DNA of 64,000 nt from Burkholderiales bacterium (GTDB lineage Bacteria > Pseudomonadota > Gammaproteobacteria > Burkholderiales > SG8-39): the NCBI GenBank assembly GCA_035637655.1, contig DASPWT010000222.1, positions 352 to 64,351 of the forward strand, read 5' to 3'. Positions 61,084 to 64,000 of this stretch are shown here, in pieces. Position 1 is the stretch's first letter. The number at the start of each line of letters is the position of its first letter. The position numbers and the translations under genes were made by a program. The notes beneath the pieces were generated by a model. It did not search any database. It worked only from the letters and a program-made list of their open reading frames with translations, and was not told the DNA's origin.

Positions 61084-62151
61084 TCAAGAGAGCGCGGCGA
61101 CCACGGCATCACCCATCTCGCGGGTGCCGACTTTGCGGCTTCCCTGCTGAAAAATATCCACGGTGCGATACCTCTGAGCGAGTACTTTCTTCACCGCGAC
61201 TTCGACGCGGGCGGCAATCCGGTCCTGATCGAAGCTGTGGCGAAGCATCATTGCTGCAGACAGGATGGCCGCCAGGGGATTGGCGAGGTTCTTTCCTGCG
61301 ATGTCCGGGGCCGATCCATGAATCGGCTCGTATAGTCCCTTGCCTTTTTCGTCGAGCGAAGCCGAAGGCAACATGCCGATCGAGCCGGTCAACATGGAAG
61401 CCTCGTCAGAGAGGATGTCGCCGAACATGTTGCCCGTGACGATCACGTCGAATTGCCTGGGATGCTTTAGGAGCTGCATCGCGGCGTTGTCCACGTACAT
61501 GTGCGTCAGTTCCACCGCGGCATATTCCTTGCCGACTGCGCTAACCACTTCCCGCCACAACTGCGAGGTCTCGAGCACGTTCGCCTTGTCGACTGAGCAC
61601 AGTTTTTTGTTGCGCCTCAGCGCCGCGCGAAAACCCGCGTGAGCGATGCGGCGGATCTCCTCATCGGTATAGCGCATGGTATCGAAGCCTTCGCGCGCCC
61701 CGCCCTCGAGCTGCCGGATGCCGCGCGGCTGACCGAAATAGATGTCGCCGGTCAGTTCGCGCACGATCAGGATATCGAGCCCGGCCACCACCTCGGCCTT
61801 CAGCGTCGAGGCATCGGCGAGTTCGGGGAAAACGGACGCGGGCCGCAAATTGGCGAACAGATTGAGCTCCTTGCGGAGCCTGAGGATCGCCTGCTCGGGG
61901 CGTTTTTCGCGTGGCAGCGCGTCGTAACGAGGACCGCCGACCGCGCCGAACAGGATGGCATCGGCCTTTCTCGCCAGTTCCAGCGTTGGCCCGGGCAGGG
62001 GATCACCCGCGGCGTCGTACGCGGCGCCTCCAACGGAGGCTTGCTCCATCTCGAACGCGAGACCTTCAGTCCTCAGCGCGGCGAGCACCTTGACCGCCTC
62101 GGCAATAACTTCCGGGCCGACGCCGTCGCCGGGTAGGACCGCAATTTTCAT
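61084..62151 (-). CDS. leuB: 3-isopropylmalate dehydrogenase
   Basis: '[15 protein letters not shown]' and '[26 protein letters not shown]'. Confidence 0.95.
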   Translation of the reverse strand: MKIAVLPGDGVGPEVIAEAVKVLAALRTEGLAFEMEQASVGGAAYDAAGDPLPGPTLELARKADAILFGAVGGPRYDALPREKRPEQAILRLRKELNLFANLRPASVFPELADASTLKAEVVAGLDILIVRELTGDIYFGQPRGIRQLEGGAREGFDTMRYTDEEIRRIAHAGFRAALRRNKKLCSVDKANVLETSQLWREVVSAVGKEYAAVELTHMYVDNAAMQLLKHPRQFDVIVTGNMFGDILSDEASMLTGSIGMLPSASLDEKGKGLYEPIHGSAPDIAGKNLANPLAAILSAAMMLRHSFDQDRIAARVEVAVKKVLAQRYRTVDIFQQGSRKVGTREMGDAVVAALS

Positions 62152-62164
62152 GAAGAGGAGATGA

Positions 62165-62812
62165 CTACCCGAACAACCAGGGCTGTTCGGAGCGGCGCCG
62201 CTCTTCGAAGGCGCGGATCTTGTCCGCGTGGCGCAGAGTGAGTCCTATGTCGTCAAGACCGTTGACCAGGCAGTATTTGCGGAAAGGGTCTATCTCGAAG
62301 CGCATCACCTTGCCGCCGTCCGGGGTCGCGACCGTTTGCTTCTCGAGGTCGATAATGAGCCGGAACCCCGGAAAAGCGGCGATCTCATGGAACAGCCGGT
62401 CCACTTCCGCTTCGGTGAGCGTGACCGGCAGCAAGCCGTTCTTGCAGCAATTGTTGAAAAATATGTCGGCGTAGGACGGCGCGATGAGCGCGCGAAAACC
62501 GTACTCGGCAAGCGCCCAGGGTGCGTGCTCCCGCGAGCTGCCGCAGCCGAAGTTCTTGCGCGCAAGCAGTATGCTCGCGCCCTTGTAGCGCGGCTGGTTG
62601 AGGACGAAATCGGGGTTGAGCGGGCGGCCCGCATCGGACTTGTCCGGCTGGCCTTCGCCGAGGTAGCGCCAGGCATCGAAGAGATTCGTCCCGAACCCAG
62701 TGCGCTTGATCGACTTGAGGAATTGCTTCGGGATGATCTGGTCGGTGTCGACATTAGCCCGGTCAAGCGGTGCCACGAGCCCGTTTAAGACGGTAAATCG
62801 CGACAGGGTCAT
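62165..62812 (-). CDS. leuD: 3-isopropylmalate dehydratase small subunit
   Basis: '[12 protein letters not shown]' and '[15 protein letters not shown]'. Confidence 0.95.
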   Translation of the reverse strand: MTLSRFTVLNGLVAPLDRANVDTDQIIPKQFLKSIKRTGFGTNLFDAWRYLGEGQPDKSDAGRPLNPDFVLNQPRYKGASILLARKNFGCGSSREHAPWALAEYGFRALIAPSYADIFFNNCCKNGLLPVTLTEAEVDRLFHEIAAFPGFRLIIDLEKQTVATPDGGKVMRFEIDPFRKYCLVNGLDDIGLTLRHADKIRAFEERRRSEQPWLFG

Positions 62813-62819
62813 ACGCCGA

Positions 62820-64000
62820 TCATCTCCACTGGCGAACGTCGACGAAGTGCCCGGCGATCGCGGCCGCAGCAGCCATCTCCGGGCTTACGAGGTGGGTCCT
62901 GCCGCCCGTGCCCTGCCGGCCCTCGAAATTGCGGTTCGAAGTCGAAGCGCACCGCTCGCCCGGCTCGAGCCGGTCCGCGTTCATACCCAGGCACATGGAA
63001 CAGCCCGGTTCCCTCCACTCGAACCCGGCGTCCTTGAAGATCCGGTCAAGGCCTTCGTGCTCCGCCTGCGCTTTGACGAGCCCCGAGCCCGGCACGACCA
63101 TGGCGAGCCTGACATTCGAGGCGAGGCGGCGCCCGCGGACGATCGCCGCAGCGGCCCGCAGGTCTTCGATGCGCGAATTCGTGCACGAGCCGATGAATAC
63201 CTTGTCGATGCGGATGTCGGTTATGGGCGTATTGGGCCTGAGGCCCATGTAGGTAAGCGCTCTCTCCATGCCCTCCCGGCGAGTCGCGTCCTTCTCCCTG
63301 TCGGGGTCGGGTACGCGCTCATCCACGGTCACGACCATCTCGGGCGAGGTGCCCCAAGTCACCTGCGGCTTGATCGAACGCGCGTCGATCGCCACCTCGC
63401 GGTCAAATTTCGCTTCCGGATCGCTCTTCAGCGTGCGCCAATGCGCGACCGCGCGATCCCACAACTCGCCGCGCGGCGCAAAGGGCCTGCCCTTCAGATA
63501 GGCGAGGGTTGCCTCATCGGCCGCCACCAATCCGGCGCGTGCTCCCGCCTCGATCGACATGTTGCACAGCGTCATGCGGCCTTCCATGCTGAGCGAGCGC
63601 ACCGTGCTACCGGCGTACTCGATCGTACAGCCGGTTCCCCCTGCAACGCCGATTCTGCCGATCACGGCGAGGGCCATGTCCTTCGCCGTCACTCCCCGTG
63701 CGAGCTGCCCCTCGACGCGCACGAGCATGTTCTGCATCTTTTTCGCGAGCAGGCATTGCGTTGTAAGCACGTGTTCGACCTCCGAAGTCCCGATTCCGAA
63801 TGCGAGGCAGGCGAACGCTCCGTGTGTGCTCGTATGCGAGTCACCGCACACCACAGTCATGCCGGGTAAGGTCGCCCCCTGCTCCGGACCGATGACGTGC
63901 ACGATGCCCTGGCGGGAGTCGTTCATCCTGAATTCGACGATGCCGTACTCCTCGCAATTCCTGTCGAGCGTGTCGACTTGCAGGCGCGACACGGGGTCGG
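62820..64000 (-). CDS. leuC: 3-isopropylmalate dehydratase large subunit (5' end beyond the window)
   Basis: '[13 protein letters not shown]', '[12 protein letters not shown]', 'CSMCLGMN'. The frame stays open to the window edge. Confidence 0.93.
   Translation of the reverse strand, partial: DPVSRLQVDTLDRNCEEYGIVEFRMNDSRQGIVHVIGPEQGATLPGMTVVCGDSHTSTHGAFACLAFGIGTSEVEHVLTTQCLLAKKMQNMLVRVEGQLARGVTAKDMALAVIGRIGVAGGTGCTIEYAGSTVRSLSMEGRMTLCNMSIEAGARAGLVAADEATLAYLKGRPFAPRGELWDRAVAHWRTLKSDPEAKFDREVAIDARSIKPQVTWGTSPEMVVTVDERVPDPDREKDATRREGMERALTYMGLRPNTPITDIRIDKVFIGSCTNSRIEDLRAAAAIVRGRRLASNVRLAMVVPGSGLVKAQAEHEGLDRIFKDAGFEWREPGCSMCLGMNADRLEPGERCASTSNRNFEGRQGTGGRTHLVSPEMAAAAAIAGHFVDVRQWR

Overview
High-GC chromosomal segment, roughly two-thirds G+C by eye (not computed). 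Gene order looks betaproteobacterial (Burkholderiales/Rhodocyclales-like). Almost all of it is conserved housekeeping DNA: prfB-lysS; a PHA cluster (phaC, two phaB, phaR, rimO, thiolase); thrS-infC-rpmI-rplT-pheST-ihfA; recN, nadK, hrcA, hemH, grpE-dnaK-dnaJ; cysS, ppiA/ppiB/lpxH; metZ-purF-cvpA-dedD-folC-accD-trpA-trpB-trpF-truA; fimV, asd, leuBDC; tRNA-Pro(GGG) and tRNA-Val(GAC). I found no CRISPR array, transposase or integrase. The main anomaly is at the left end. A visibly AT-richer ~3.6-kb insertion (about 577-4071) sits directly in front of prfB. It is bounded by imperfect ~136-bp direct repeats (441-576 and 4072-4208) that duplicate the prfB promoter, RBS and first 19 codons. The insertion carries a truncated DNA methyltransferase remnant followed by a tight two-gene operon. 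Gene 1 is a DUF5677-like protein (411 aa). Gene 2 is a 641-aa orphan whose only recognisable feature is an Abi_C/HEPN-like R-x3-G-x-A-H motif. I rate this cassette as the best candidate for an undescribed defence or abortive-infection module. Other notable points: a low-GC YcgL-like domain fused in frame to the N-terminus of LysRS; a free-standing KTSC gene next to the prfB-lysS locus; a riboswitch-like promoter/aptamer/terminator leader in front of metZ; an orphan beta-class DNA methyltransferase translationally coupled inside the trp operon; non-AUG starts for infC (ATC) and probably rimO (CTG); a LuxR solo; and a near-consensus sigma32 promoter for dnaK inside the grpE 3' end. All family assignments come from motif recognition by eye and memory, not from searches.
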